This document shows positions 1-10,559 of a stretch of 64,000 nucleotides of DNA, one piece after another (position 1 is the first letter of the stretch; each line of letters begins with the position of its first letter). The position numbers were made by a program, and so were the translations under genes. The notes under the pieces were generated by a model. That model saw only the letters and a list, made by a program, of their open reading frames with translations, was not told where the DNA came from and did not search any database. The DNA is from an uncultured Verrucomicrobiota bacterium (GTDB lineage Bacteria; Auribacterota; JABMQX01). Location: assembly GCA_964640185.1 (NCBI GenBank), contig CAZXGF010000007.1:43452-107451 (forward strand). Reading direction: 5' to 3'.

Positions 1-127
1 TGGACCATCGTCCGCTACCGCCGTCGGGGCGTTCGCGCACAAACAGAAACACCCAATTAACAAGAGAACGGCGGCAAAGGTTTTTATCGAGCTCATCTTT
101 CGCTCCTTTCTTCCTTCTCTGTTTCTG

Positions 128-1444
128 TTACAGCTTCCACGGCGAACGCATCGGCCTGCTGAGCATCCGGTCAGCCTCCGGGTCGTTGACGAAGCGTTCG
201 GTCTTCGGATTCCATTTGAGTTTGCGTCCGAGCATCATGGCGATGTTGCCTATGTGGGCGATGGTGATGCTTCGATGGCCGATCTCTGCCGGCGCATAGC
301 AGGGCTTGCGAGATTTCACACAGTCGAGGAAATTGCGCTGCTCGCCGCCCGCGCAGGTGTAGAGATGTATCCCGTCGGGGCCGATTTTGGAATCGAGGAC
401 GGACTTGGGACTCGCCCGCAGTGCTCCCCTCCAGGCCGCATTGTCAATCCATCCCTCCGTCCCTTCGAATCGGATGCCCGGCTGGCTCGAGGAGACATTC
501 AGCTCAACGCCGTTGGCATATCTGTAATTGATGTTGTAGTCCGTTGGCGTGTTGTACAGCCCGCCTTTCGGGAAGACACCTTTTCCCTCGACCTCCACGG
601 GGCCGGTGTGCTCGGTGTTGTTGCCCCATTGTGCGAGGTCAATGATGTGCGCACCCCAGTCGGTCAACTGCCCGCCGGAGTAATCGAGAATCCAGCGAAA
701 ATTCCAATGGCACCGGGCGGCGCAGTAGGGTGCCCACGGGGCCTGTCCGAGCCACATGTCGTAATCGAAGCCCTTCGGAGGGGGACCGAATTTCATACTG
801 GCGGGACGAATGGAGTGGCCCCTCGGCAATGTCACCTTGATTCTCCGGAGCTTGCCGATGCGCCCGTTGCGAACCAGTTCACACATGCGATGGTACACGT
901 CCACCGACCGATTTTCCGAAGCCGTCTGGAAAATGCGGTTGTGACGCTTCACAGTGTCGCTGAGGACGCGGCCTTCGGCGACGGTCAACGTCAGCGGTTT
1001 CTCGCACATGACGTCCTTGCCGGCCCTCGCTGCCATCAGGGAGGGAATCACGTGCCAGTGGTCGGGAGTGGAGTTCATCACGGCATCAATGTCCTTGCGA
1101 GCAATGATCTCGCGGAAATCATTGTAAGCCGCACATCCCTTATATTTCCCCTTAGACATCGCCTCGGCGTAATGTTTTTCCACGAGCTTCCGGGCGCCTT
1201 CCCGCCGGGTGGAATCCACATCGCACACGGCGAGGACGTGAGCGTCCGGTTCACTGAGGAATCTCCGGAGGTTGCGGCCAACCCCGTGTTCGCCCGTGCC
1301 GATAAAGCCCAGCGTGATACGGTCGCTGGGGGCTACGGTTCGGTCAGCTCCCAGGGCGGAGGAGGGAATGATGTGCGGCGCCGCTACGGCTGTCGCTACG
1401 CCCTTGAGAAAACTTCGGCGTGTGATGCGCTTGTCTTGAAGCAT
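128..1444 (-). CDS. Gfo/Idh/MocA family oxidoreductase with twin-arginine (TAT) signal
   Basis: 438 aa. N-terminal RRSFLKGVATAVAAP TAT motif, then a Rossmann GFIGTG..H start. The HW..PEKP-like region (DHWH, CEKPL) is typical of Gfo/Idh/MocA. Confidence 0.9.
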   Translation of the reverse strand: MLQDKRITRRSFLKGVATAVAAPHIIPSSALGADRTVAPSDRITLGFIGTGEHGVGRNLRRFLSEPDAHVLAVCDVDSTRREGARKLVEKHYAEAMSKGKYKGCAAYNDFREIIARKDIDAVMNSTPDHWHVIPSLMAARAGKDVMCEKPLTLTVAEGRVLSDTVKRHNRIFQTASENRSVDVYHRMCELVRNGRIGKLRRIKVTLPRGHSIRPASMKFGPPPKGFDYDMWLGQAPWAPYCAARCHWNFRWILDYSGGQLTDWGAHIIDLAQWGNNTEHTGPVEVEGKGVFPKGGLYNTPTDYNINYRYANGVELNVSSSQPGIRFEGTEGWIDNAAWRGALRASPKSVLDSKIGPDGIHLYTCAGGEQRNFLDCVKSRKPCYAPAEIGHRSITIAHIGNIAMMLGRKLKWNPKTERFVNDPEADRMLSRPMRSPWKL

Positions 1445-1601
1445 GGCATTATCTCCTTATCGTTGGAAAACGGGACCAAGTTACGTATTTTGCATGTGTC
1501 TTGGCTTTCGAGCGCCTTTTCCCCGTAACGCATTTCCGTCATAGAAGTTGTTTCAATTCTGGTGTCAGAACAGGGAGTTTTCCTTGACCCACGACACTGT
1601 C

Positions 1602-1835
1602 CTAAACGGCGATCTCAAGTGTCTTGATTCCCACAACTTCGGGATACCGTGTTTCGATAGCCTTCCCATCCTCGCGCATTTCCTGAATGCACATCCCGAT
1701 GACTTCCCGTATGTTCCCCAGCGCTTCCTCGAAGGTTCTGCCCTGCGTATGGCAGCCGGTTAGCGCCGGCACATCTGCCACATAAGAACCGTCCTCGTCC
1801 TGCTCAACTATCACTTGAAAGCGATACGTTTGCAT
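1602..1835 (-). CDS. HicB-like (UPF0150) antitoxin-family small protein, orphan
   Basis: 77 aa from the internal ATG (MQTYRFQVIVEQDEDGSYVADVPALTGCHTQGRTFEEALGNIREVI...). An AGGAGA SD lies 5 nt upstream. The longer 141-aa ORF has an Arg/Cys-rich junk extension. Confidence 0.6.
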   Translation of the reverse strand: MQTYRFQVIVEQDEDGSYVADVPALTGCHTQGRTFEEALGNIREVIGMCIQEMREDGKAIETRYPEVVGIKTLEIAV

Positions 1836-1968
1836 CACAGTCTCCTTACGCAATGAGCGTCCCGGGCGCCAACACAACCATGATGAATGATAATACTGAA
1901 GTCCGCTGGCTATATCAACAGAGACGAAGTTGCAGTCCCGGCGTCTCCTTGACCAAATCCTCTCAACT

Positions 1969-3255
1969 TTACAGGCGCCAGGGGCGCCGCATCTTGCGCG
2001 AGAGCAACTTGTCGGCCTCCGGGTCATTCACAAAGCGTTCCTTATCGGGATCCCACTTCAGTTTGCGTTTCAGCAATATGGAGATGTGACCGAGATAAGC
2101 AATAGTGGTGGATCGCTGCGCGAGCTCGATGGGCGAGCACGTTTCTTTGCGAGACTTGACGCATTCAAGGAAACAGTGGCCGTCGCTATCGGTTTTGTAC
2201 AGGTGAATCTCGTTGGGGCCGATGGCGGAATCCAGAAGTGATTTCGGATTCGCCTGAGCCGGCTTGCCATAGGCTTTGAAAATCCATCCTTCCGTCCCCT
2301 CGAAGCGGACGCCTTCCGGGTTCTGCGACATGTCCGTGAAAATCATCCTCACACCGTTGGCATACTTGTACTCGATGCGCCAGGTCAGGGGCGTATCGGA
2401 GAGGCTGCCTTTTTTCGGGAAAGTGCCGCGTCCGTCTATCTCCACCGGGCCGGTCACATCGGTGCCGTTCGCCCACTGGGCAACGTCGAGGTGATGGACA
2501 CCCCAACCGGCGACAAATCCACTGGAGGCATAATCGGAAATGAAAAAATGAAAGGGCGATTTGCAGCGCATCGCGTTGTAGGGCGCCAACCGCGCCGGCC
2601 CCAACCACCGGTCGTAATCGAACCCCTTCGGCACTGGTATCTCGGGCTGCGGCCCGATTTCCTCGCCGCCGGGGCATGCTACCGTGATAGTATGCAGTTT
2701 GCCGATGCGCCCATTGCGAACCAGCTCGCACATTTTGCGCACGTCGGGCATACCCCGCTGCTCGGTGCCGTGCATGAACACGCAATTACTTTCCTGAACC
2801 GCCTTCCTCATGGCCTTGCCTTCTTCGATGGTGATTCCCAGAGGCTTTTCCAGGTACACGTCTTTTCCGGCTTTGACCGCAGCGACCCCAATGAGAACAT
2901 GCCAATGGTCAGGAGTCGCGATCAACACGGCGTCAATGTCTTTGCGAGCCAGCAGTTCGCGGAAATCGTCGTAAGCGGCGCTCTCCGGTACGTTGGCCAG
3001 CTTCCTCGCTCGTTCGCGCACGTCAGGCTTGACGTCGCACACCGCCACGATTTGACCGCCATATTTCATAAGCTGCCGCATGTCGTACTGGCCCCTCCCA
3101 CCCACGCCGATGCAACCGAGCGTCACCCGATTACTCGGAGCGGTCGTCCCCTTTAGACCCAGGGCTGACGACGGGATGATGTACGGCGTACCAACCACGA
3201 CAGCCGTCGCTCCCTTCAGGAAATCACGACGTGTGATGCCTTTGTCTCGAAGCAT
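1969..3255 (-). CDS. Gfo/Idh/MocA family oxidoreductase with TAT signal (paralog of 128..1444)
   Basis: 428 aa. RRDFLKGATAVVVG TAT motif. Clear paralogy to the first oxidoreductase along the whole length (IPSSALG, ARKDIDAV, TPDHWHV, ELVRNGRIGKL). Confidence 0.9.
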   Translation of the reverse strand: MLRDKGITRRDFLKGATAVVVGTPYIIPSSALGLKGTTAPSNRVTLGCIGVGGRGQYDMRQLMKYGGQIVAVCDVKPDVRERARKLANVPESAAYDDFRELLARKDIDAVLIATPDHWHVLIGVAAVKAGKDVYLEKPLGITIEEGKAMRKAVQESNCVFMHGTEQRGMPDVRKMCELVRNGRIGKLHTITVACPGGEEIGPQPEIPVPKGFDYDRWLGPARLAPYNAMRCKSPFHFFISDYASSGFVAGWGVHHLDVAQWANGTDVTGPVEIDGRGTFPKKGSLSDTPLTWRIEYKYANGVRMIFTDMSQNPEGVRFEGTEGWIFKAYGKPAQANPKSLLDSAIGPNEIHLYKTDSDGHCFLECVKSRKETCSPIELAQRSTTIAYLGHISILLKRKLKWDPDKERFVNDPEADKLLSRKMRRPWRL

Positions 3256-3762
3256 TGTCTCTTCTCCTTATCGTTGCGAAACGTTTCCCTTTCCAGCTAA
3301 AGAAGACGCTGCGGGGCATACTCTTCTTCCCCGTCATAGTCGAACTATCCTTTCATCATCCGCTTGAGGCACACGGTCGCTCTGCTGCAAAATAGTATAT
3401 TCACAATGGACAAGGTTATCATGCAATATTTTTGAGGGTTAATCCGGAGGAGCTGTTCGGACACCTTCGGCGAGGCGTTCACGGCTCTCGTTCTTCCGGC
3501 TCTGCGGCCGACCGGCAGACACCATCAACGTATGAGACAAGCGCCGCCGAAACGCAGCCTTATCCAATTTGGACTTTTCAAAGCATCGCGGATGGAGTAC
3601 AAGGGACGCTGGAAGTTAAGGTGCATTCTCGCGTTCGGCGCCGTCGTGGGTCGTTCGGGAAGTGACCTGATGCTCCAATGCTATTGTAAAGGCTGGAATG
3701 GGATAAACATTCTCCGGGCTTTGGGTTCGCTAATTAACGTCTGCAAGAAGGGTGAGAAAACG

Positions 3763-6363
3763 ATGCGGAATTGTTTCGTACGAGCAGTTGCGGCGACGGC
3801 AACGGCATTCCTGGCCACGGGGGCAATGTCAGAGAGTCCTCGGGGCGAGCAGCTCTTCTACCGGATGCTGGGTTCGAGAACGAATGCCCCGCTGCTTCCC
3901 AAGTCGCGCACGGCGTGCACGCGAGAAGGGGCCGAAAGAACGGGCTCAACCGGTATGTCGGACAGCGGATTCACGGAGTATCCATTCTGTTCTGGGAAGG
4001 TGAGCTACACGTTCGTCGAGAAATACGCATACTTCCCCCGCATCGCGTCGGGCATCGCCATCGCCCCGGGTCGCGTCAATGCCGGCGACATCCTCATTGA
4101 TCACGTCTATGAGCCGGACGGGTGCGTGTGGGGTCCTTCGGGGCGGGAGTTCATTCAGACGTTTGTGGCCTCGGGGCGGGAACTCGTCAGCGTGACGCTG
4201 TTAGTGGCTTCCGAGCCGGGAGCGTTCCGTGCGGCCCCGATCGAAGGCGGCCCCGACGGGCGGCAGGTCGGTCCCGCGAAAACATTCTACTCGGGCCATT
4301 CGCTGGAGACGGGGACGGCTCGCTGGACAGCGGGCGAGGCGCCCCTTGCCCCTGGCGGGAGCTACGCTATCCGGCTGTGGCGTGAAGACGGTCAGTCGTG
4401 GAAACCCTATCTTCACTCGACGGGGAACGCTTACGATGACGGTCTCCTGTACGTTGACGGAGTGGCGCGGCCGGAAAGCGACCTGGCTGCCTGGATCATC
4501 GAAGAACCGCCCGGCCTTTCGCGAGCCATCATCGAGAACGCCGACGGCGATGGTTGGGTTTACGATACGACCGGCATCGTGCTCATTCCCCGCACACCGA
4601 ACGTGCGGTTAGTCTCGGTTCGCGTTTCGCCAGTCGCGGGAAAGGCCTGCGACATGGTTCTACGCATCTGGTCAACCGGTTCGGAGCCCGGTCTCGTCGC
4701 GGGCCCGAAACGGTGTCTGTCAGGGGGAGGCAAGGATGAACCTCATCCGGCCCACTTCCTTTTCGCGGCAGATGAATTGAAGGTCGTGGCGGGTGAGCCG
4801 TATCGGATGGAGCTGTTCACGGTTCCATACAAAGCGAAGTTACCTGACCCGAAGAAGGTGCAAATCGTTCCACGCGATATTCAGGTGAGAGTGTACGGCG
4901 AGCCGGAGCCCGGCGCGCTGCCGGCAATCGCCAATCTTGCGGCCCGCTTCGACGAAGAGAAGTTACTTCGGCTTTCCTGGGTCGTCTCCTTTCCGTGTCC
5001 AACGCACATCGAGATCTCTCGCGTCGGTTCGTCGGACCGCGAGGCGTTCGACCTGGAGTCCGGGGCATCGGAAGCGGTCATCCCCAAGCTGTGGCCCGGG
5101 CACGACTACGATTTTCGACTCGAAGCGACAGGGCCGACGGGCCTTCGCTGGAAGACGCCGGTTTATCGCGTGAGAGTGCCGGGCGGCCCTCATCCGCCGC
5201 CGCCTCCGTACATGTATCCGGAACATCCGCACGCGCTCGTGCACCTGGCGCCGCCGCCGCTCCCTCATCCGCCGGATTGGGGTGTCATCCGATTCCGCGA
5301 GCGAGTTGCGGTCGCCAACGCCGATTTCGAAAACGGGCTGGAGGGATGGAGTGTTGATCCGAAGGGGGTGATTTACGCCGCTGGAAACGAGCACGGTATC
5401 TCGCCGCCGGTTGGTCGAAAGATGGCCGGTTGGTCTCATCAGGCGGGTGAAAAGCGGGAACAGGTCTTTGAAACGAGCAATCTCTACCAGAAGGTCGCGA
5501 CGAAACCCGGTCACCAATATCTTTTGTCCGCCCGGGCTTGTACCGCGGTGGGAAAAGGCGGGCCGCGTGGCGACACCCGCATGCGGTTTTTCGCCGACCC
5601 CAACGGCGGAACCGATTTCGGCGACGCGAATTCAAGCCAGTGGTACTGGACGGACGGGCGGTGGCTTCGCTTCCAGCACCGCTGGGTCGCGACGTCGGAG
5701 CAGGCGACAATCGGCGCTGGTTTCTTCCGCTGGCGCGACCTGGACATTGCCAGCGCGTATGTGGACCACGTACTTGTGTTCGACCTCGGTTTCGTTCCAA
5801 AGACGGCGGCTGAGCCGCCCGCGCGAGCCAGGGGCGTACCCGGAGTTGTTCTGTCCGGCTCTCGGGTCGAAGCGAGCGAGCGAGTCGAGGCGGAGCTATC
5901 GGCGCCGCCCGGCTACGTCATCACGGGCCTGGGTGCGCGTGCCGCCGGCGATAACATCACGACGATGAGAATTCGCATTTGTCCGCTGTTGCCTGATGGA
6001 AGTTTGGGCGAGCCGGAGGAAATGCTGAGCGGTTGGGAGCCAGATGCGGGTTTGGAGGCCAATATTGACCTCCCAGAAGGCTACGTTGCGACCGGGTTTG
6101 GCGGGCGAATCGCCCCGGAGTGGGATGTGAAAACCTTTGCCGTGTGGGGGCGGCCGCTGCTGCCTGGAGGCGCCCTGGGCGAGGAGAAGGAGTTCCGCGC
6201 GGGCATCGAACCTAACGGGGGACTTGAGCGAAAGGTCCGCCTTGAGGAAGGCCGCGTGCTCATCTCCGCAGGCCTCCGCTGCGCGTTCAACGATGTCGCC
6301 GGCATCAGCGCCCGGTCTGCGAAAATCCTTCGTACCGCGACGGCCCGGCGCGATTCCAGGTGA
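3763..6363 (+). CDS. Large secreted hypothetical protein with CBM4/9-like carbohydrate-binding domain and C-terminal tandem repeats
   Basis: Start chosen at internal ATG 3763 (MRNCFVRAVAATATAFLATGAMS, signal-peptide-like). Contains the ADFENGLEGWS...YVDHVLVFDL jelly-roll CBM signature, a poly-Pro linker (PHPPPPPYMYPEHPH...APPPLPHPP), and two ~40-aa tandem repeats (PGYVITGLGARAAG... / EGYVATGFGGRIAP...). Confidence 0.55.
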   Translation: MRNCFVRAVAATATAFLATGAMSESPRGEQLFYRMLGSRTNAPLLPKSRTACTREGAERTGSTGMSDSGFTEYPFCSGKVSYTFVEKYAYFPRIASGIAIAPGRVNAGDILIDHVYEPDGCVWGPSGREFIQTFVASGRELVSVTLLVASEPGAFRAAPIEGGPDGRQVGPAKTFYSGHSLETGTARWTAGEAPLAPGGSYAIRLWREDGQSWKPYLHSTGNAYDDGLLYVDGVARPESDLAAWIIEEPPGLSRAIIENADGDGWVYDTTGIVLIPRTPNVRLVSVRVSPVAGKACDMVLRIWSTGSEPGLVAGPKRCLSGGGKDEPHPAHFLFAADELKVVAGEPYRMELFTVPYKAKLPDPKKVQIVPRDIQVRVYGEPEPGALPAIANLAARFDEEKLLRLSWVVSFPCPTHIEISRVGSSDREAFDLESGASEAVIPKLWPGHDYDFRLEATGPTGLRWKTPVYRVRVPGGPHPPPPPYMYPEHPHALVHLAPPPLPHPPDWGVIRFRERVAVANADFENGLEGWSVDPKGVIYAAGNEHGISPPVGRKMAGWSHQAGEKREQVFETSNLYQKVATKPGHQYLLSARACTAVGKGGPRGDTRMRFFADPNGGTDFGDANSSQWYWTDGRWLRFQHRWVATSEQATIGAGFFRWRDLDIASAYVDHVLVFDLGFVPKTAAEPPARARGVPGVVLSGSRVEASERVEAELSAPPGYVITGLGARAAGDNITTMRIRICPLLPDGSLGEPEEMLSGWEPDAGLEANIDLPEGYVATGFGGRIAPEWDVKTFAVWGRPLLPGGALGEEKEFRAGIEPNGGLERKVRLEEGRVLISAGLRCAFNDVAGISARSAKILRTATARRDSR

Positions 6364-6481
6364 GACACTCCCCGGTTGCTACGCCCGGGGCTCGGGAGAC
6401 GAGTAAGTTTGTTTTGGCTGTGAATGTTTGAAGGCCGTGCACGTTACGAAACATCTATAATAGAGAAAACCGAGAGAGCCA

Positions 6482-7924
6482 ATGATGAGAACTATCGCGA
6501 CGCTGATTTTTGTTGTCGGCATACTGCATGCCGTGAACTGTGCCTCAGCCGCAGACGGTAAGGAAAGTTTTGTTCGGGTCAGCGAGGATGGGCAGGGTTT
6601 CACTGTTGATGGGAAACCGTGGCATCCGTTCGGGTGCAACTATTTCGACCCACATGTGGGTTGGGCGCCGAAACTATGGCAGAAGTTCGATGCGGAAGAA
6701 GTGGAGTCTCATTTCCGTGTGATGCGGGAGCTCGGCGTGAACGTAGTGCGTGTGTTCCTTACGGCGGAGAGTTTTTTTTCTCGGCCGCCGAATCTCGAAC
6801 CAGCCGCACTCGAAAAGTTCGACAAAATGCTCGACATCGCTCGCCGATACGGGATTCGACTCCATCCCACAGGCCCTGACCACTGGGAAGGCTCCCCGCC
6901 ATGGCGGAGAACGGACTTTATGGCTGAGCCGAAAGCGCTCGATGCACAGGTGGCTTTCTGGAAAGCGTTTGCCTCGCGATACCGCGACGAACCAGCGATT
7001 TTCGCGTACGACATTTTGAACGAGCCGCAGGTGCGCTGGAACACATCGGCAATGAAAATACAGTGGCCCGTTTGGCTTCGCGAGCAGTACGGCACAGTGA
7101 AGACTCTGCGCGACGCGTGGGGCGGCGAGGCGCAGGATATTCGCTCGTTTGACAAGGTCGCAATCCCGCCGGATGCGCCAGCGACGAAGTCGCGTGCGCT
7201 GTTAGATTACCAGCGATTCCGGGAATGGGTGGCGGATCGCTGGGTCAGGGTGCAGGCGGAAGCGATACGTGCGGAAGCTCCGAACCACTTAGTAACCGTC
7301 GGCTTGATTCAATGGGCAATTCCGGCGTTTCAGGGCAAGCCTTCGCGGTACTCGGCGTTTCGCCCCTCGCGGATTGCGCCGATGCTGGACTTCCTTTCGG
7401 TCCACTTTTATCCCCTCTACGCCGGTGACCCGTTGGCCTCCGAGGAGAATTTCGACAGAAACCTCGCGTCTCTTGAACTTGTGCTTCGTTACGTAAAAGC
7501 GGGTGCGCCGCGAAAACCTATCTTAGTCGGTGAGTTTGGCTGGCACGGCGGCGGGAGGCCAGACCGTTTAGAAGAACGCTCCGCTGAAGGTCAAGCGCGG
7601 TGGTGTCGGGCGGCGGTTCTTCAAGGGCGAGGGATTGCGGCGGGCTGGCTGAACTGGGCGTACGCGGACACGCCCTCCGCCCGGGATGTGACCAAGTTTT
7701 CCGGCTTGGTCACTGAAGACGGAAAGCCGAAGGCCTGGGGCTTAACGTTTCGTGAAATGGCAAGGCGCCCCGATTTCTGGGCCACGGCGAGGAGAAAGCC
7801 TCAGTCCAGTGTGGTTTTCGATGTTGACCGAGCAATCTGCGATCCCAGAGCCGGCGATGCAGTGCTTCGGCGTTATTATGAAAAATGGAAAACCGAGAGA
7901 GGTTGTGAGCTAATCGTTCGCTGA
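6482..7924 (+). CDS. Glycoside hydrolase family 5-like (TIM-barrel; mannanase/cellulase type), secreted
   Basis: Signal peptide MMRTIATLIFVVGILHAVNCASA. Acid/base motif ILNEPQ and nucleophile motif VGEFGWHG at the expected spacing. Confidence 0.8.
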   Translation: MMRTIATLIFVVGILHAVNCASAADGKESFVRVSEDGQGFTVDGKPWHPFGCNYFDPHVGWAPKLWQKFDAEEVESHFRVMRELGVNVVRVFLTAESFFSRPPNLEPAALEKFDKMLDIARRYGIRLHPTGPDHWEGSPPWRRTDFMAEPKALDAQVAFWKAFASRYRDEPAIFAYDILNEPQVRWNTSAMKIQWPVWLREQYGTVKTLRDAWGGEAQDIRSFDKVAIPPDAPATKSRALLDYQRFREWVADRWVRVQAEAIRAEAPNHLVTVGLIQWAIPAFQGKPSRYSAFRPSRIAPMLDFLSVHFYPLYAGDPLASEENFDRNLASLELVLRYVKAGAPRKPILVGEFGWHGGGRPDRLEERSAEGQARWCRAAVLQGRGIAAGWLNWAYADTPSARDVTKFSGLVTEDGKPKAWGLTFREMARRPDFWATARRKPQSSVVFDVDRAICDPRAGDAVLRRYYEKWKTERGCELIVR

Positions 7925-8047
7925 CGGGCAATGTCGCAGGCGTAAGGGAGCGCCGAGATATTGTTATTCTCCCACATTGCGGGGGCAAGTTGCGGTTGGT
8001 GCAAGGGAAACCGCGACGAGAAACATCACTCGAAAAGGAGGATTGTC

Positions 8048-10348
8048 GTGAAAACATTTCATAGTTTCCTTTGTCCGGCCTTGCTGGCATGCACGTTTTT
8101 TCTTTCACCGCTGAGGCATGCCGAACCCGCAGAGGGCGAGTGGGTCCTCTGGTATCGCCAGCCGGCCGAAAAATGGGTCGAAGCGCTGCCCCTCGGGAAC
8201 GGGCGCTTAGGCGCGATGGTTTTCGGCGGCGCCGAAAGCGAGCGCATCCAGTTCAACGAAGACACCCTCTGGCGGGGCGAACCGCACGACTACTCGCACA
8301 ATGGCGCCGCGAAGTATTTGCCGACTATCCGCAAGCTGCTCTTCGAAGGGAAACAGAGAGACGCCGAACGTCTTGCGATGGACCGCTTCATGAGCGTGCC
8401 GTTGCGGCAGACAGCGTATCAGCCCTTCGGCGACCTGCTGTTGGACTTCCCCGGCCACGGCAAAGCAAGTGACTATCGTCGCCAGTTGGACATTGACTCT
8501 GCGGTCGCAGCGGTCCGCTATCAGGTTGCTGGTGTGACGTTTCAGAGGAAAGTGTTCGCCAGCGCACCGGATCAGGTCATCGTCGTTCGGATCACCGCCG
8601 ACAAGCCCGGGCACATAAGCTTCACCGCGAGACTGACGACTCCCCATCCGGGTTCAAAGACGCGTGCCGTGGGCAACGACCAGATCGCGCTCTCCGGCGG
8701 TGTGAAGGGTGGAGCGATTGCGTTCGAGGCCCGCCTTCTCGCGTCCGCAGACGGAGGCGAGGTGAAGGTCAGCGACAAGAGCATCCAGGTCAGGGATGCC
8801 AACGCGGCAATGCTTCTGCTGGCAGGCGCCACGAATCACGTGAACTTCAAAGACGTCGGCGCCGACCCGGCGCAGCGCTGCCAGAAGGTGATGAAGGCCG
8901 TGGAGGGGAAGAGGTACGATGTCCTGCGCAAAGCTCATGTCGCCGACCATCAACGCCTTTTCCGACGAGTCGGTCTCGACCTGGGTTCCACCGAAAGGTC
9001 GAAATTGCCGACCGACGAACGAATCAAAATGTCGGCCGAAGGCAATGACCCGCAGTTGGCGGCTCTCTACTTCCAGTTCGGCCGGTACCTGATGATAGCC
9101 AGCTCGCGCCCGGGCTCTCAGCCCGCAAACTTGCAAGGAATCTGGAACGAAAGCATGCGCCCGCCCTGGGACAGCAAGTGGACGGTGAATATCAACACCG
9201 AGATGAACTACTGGCCTGCCGAGCCGTGTAACCTTGCCGAGTGCCATCAGCCGCTGTTTGATATGCTCAAAGAAGTAATGATTTCCGGCCGCGACACCGC
9301 GAAGGCGCATTACAACTGCCACGGTTGGGTTCTCCACCACAACACCGACCTCTGGCGCGGCACGGCGCCGATCAACCACTCAAACCACGGCATCTGGCCG
9401 ACCGGCGGCGCGTGGCTGTGCCAGGACCTTTGGTTGCATTACCAGTACGGTGGCGACAGGAAATTCCTCGAGACGCGGGCGTACCCAATCATGAAGGACG
9501 CGGCGCTGTTCTTCACCGATTTCCTGATTGAGGACCCACGCAGCGACAGGGGATGGCTCATAAGCACGCCCAGCAACTCGCCGGAACAAGGCGGGTTGGT
9601 AGCGGGGCCGACGATGGATCACGAGATCATTCGCAATCTGTTCGGCAACGTAATCGAAGCGAGCAAAATCCTCGGCGTGGACGAAGAACTTCGCGACAAA
9701 CTCACCGAGATTCGCAACCGAATTGCCCCGAACCAGATCGGCCGACACGGTCAGTTGCAGGAATGGCTCGAGGACAAGGACGACCCGAACAACCACCACC
9801 GTCACCTTTCACATCTCTGGGCCGTGTACCCCGGCGACGAGATAACTCTTCGCGGCACGCCCAAGCTCGCGGCAGCCGCAAGAAAATCGCTCGAGTTTCG
9901 GGGCGACGGCGGAACCGGGTGGAGTACGGCGTGGAAGGTGAACCTCTGGGCGAGGTTCGAGGATGGCGAAAGAGCGTACAAAATCATCCGCCGGCTCCTG
10001 GCGGTTTGCACACTGCCGAACATGTTCGACAACCATCCGCCGTTTCAGATTGACGGCAACTTTGGCGGCTCCGCGGGGATCGCCGAAATGCTTTTGCAGA
10101 GCCACGCCGGCGAGATCAACTTGCTGCCAGCTCTCCCGAAAGCCTGGCCGAAGGGGTTCGTGAAAGGGCTGCGGGCACGCGGCGGGTTTGAAGTGGACAT
10201 CAACTGGGAAGGCGGCAAGCTGACCAAAGCTGTGGTCCGGTCGCAGCTCGGGAACATTTGCAAAGTCCGCTATGGCGAGAAGGTGGTTGAGCTCAAAACC
10301 CGCGCCGGTAAGGCGTATCGCCTGAACCGTGAACTCGAGCAGATGTGA
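8048..10348 (+). CDS. Glycoside hydrolase family 95 (alpha-L-fucosidase-like), secreted
   Basis: GTG start at 8048 with an AAAGGAGG SD 6 nt upstream and a signal peptide. GH95 N-terminal signature [38 protein letters not shown]. The 7961 ORF start is an upstream extension. Confidence 0.85.
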   Translation: MKTFHSFLCPALLACTFFLSPLRHAEPAEGEWVLWYRQPAEKWVEALPLGNGRLGAMVFGGAESERIQFNEDTLWRGEPHDYSHNGAAKYLPTIRKLLFEGKQRDAERLAMDRFMSVPLRQTAYQPFGDLLLDFPGHGKASDYRRQLDIDSAVAAVRYQVAGVTFQRKVFASAPDQVIVVRITADKPGHISFTARLTTPHPGSKTRAVGNDQIALSGGVKGGAIAFEARLLASADGGEVKVSDKSIQVRDANAAMLLLAGATNHVNFKDVGADPAQRCQKVMKAVEGKRYDVLRKAHVADHQRLFRRVGLDLGSTERSKLPTDERIKMSAEGNDPQLAALYFQFGRYLMIASSRPGSQPANLQGIWNESMRPPWDSKWTVNINTEMNYWPAEPCNLAECHQPLFDMLKEVMISGRDTAKAHYNCHGWVLHHNTDLWRGTAPINHSNHGIWPTGGAWLCQDLWLHYQYGGDRKFLETRAYPIMKDAALFFTDFLIEDPRSDRGWLISTPSNSPEQGGLVAGPTMDHEIIRNLFGNVIEASKILGVDEELRDKLTEIRNRIAPNQIGRHGQLQEWLEDKDDPNNHHRHLSHLWAVYPGDEITLRGTPKLAAAARKSLEFRGDGGTGWSTAWKVNLWARFEDGERAYKIIRRLLAVCTLPNMFDNHPPFQIDGNFGGSAGIAEMLLQSHAGEINLLPALPKAWPKGFVKGLRARGGFEVDINWEGGKLTKAVVRSQLGNICKVRYGEKVVELKTRAGKAYRLNRELEQM

Positions 10349-10559
10349 GGGGCTGACGAGAAGCTTTCTGAGTCGGAGTGGAGAGAAAAGTCTTCGCGAC
10401 GAAGCGAGTGTGTTTCTTCCTCGCGCTCCTGAACGCGAGTTCTGCCGTAATCGCACGTAACGCGATTGCTTCGCAAGGCGCCGACCGTTGGTTTGCGCCT
10501 TTGTTCAATGGCAAGAACCTCGACGGTTCGGTGAATGTCAATTGCGCGCCGGAAACCTT

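Noticed and set aside
254-1528. Long antisense ORFs across real genes (254..1528 +, 8654..9379 -, 20490..21644 -, 24340..26031 -, 2491..3156 +, 14742..15683 +, etc.)
   Set aside because: High GC gives long stop-free antisense frames. Each overlaps a gene with clear family signatures on the other strand, and the translations are low-complexity (R/G/A/P-rich).
1602-2027. 141-aa version of the HicB-like ORF
   Set aside because: The first 64 codons are Arg/Cys-rich with no structure and overlap the neighbouring oxidoreductase. The internal ATG has a proper SD.
3532-3762. Upstream ATG start (3532) for the large secreted protein and upstream start (7961) for GH95
   Set aside because: The internal starts sit directly in front of canonical signal peptides and have SD sequences. 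The upstream extensions lack both.
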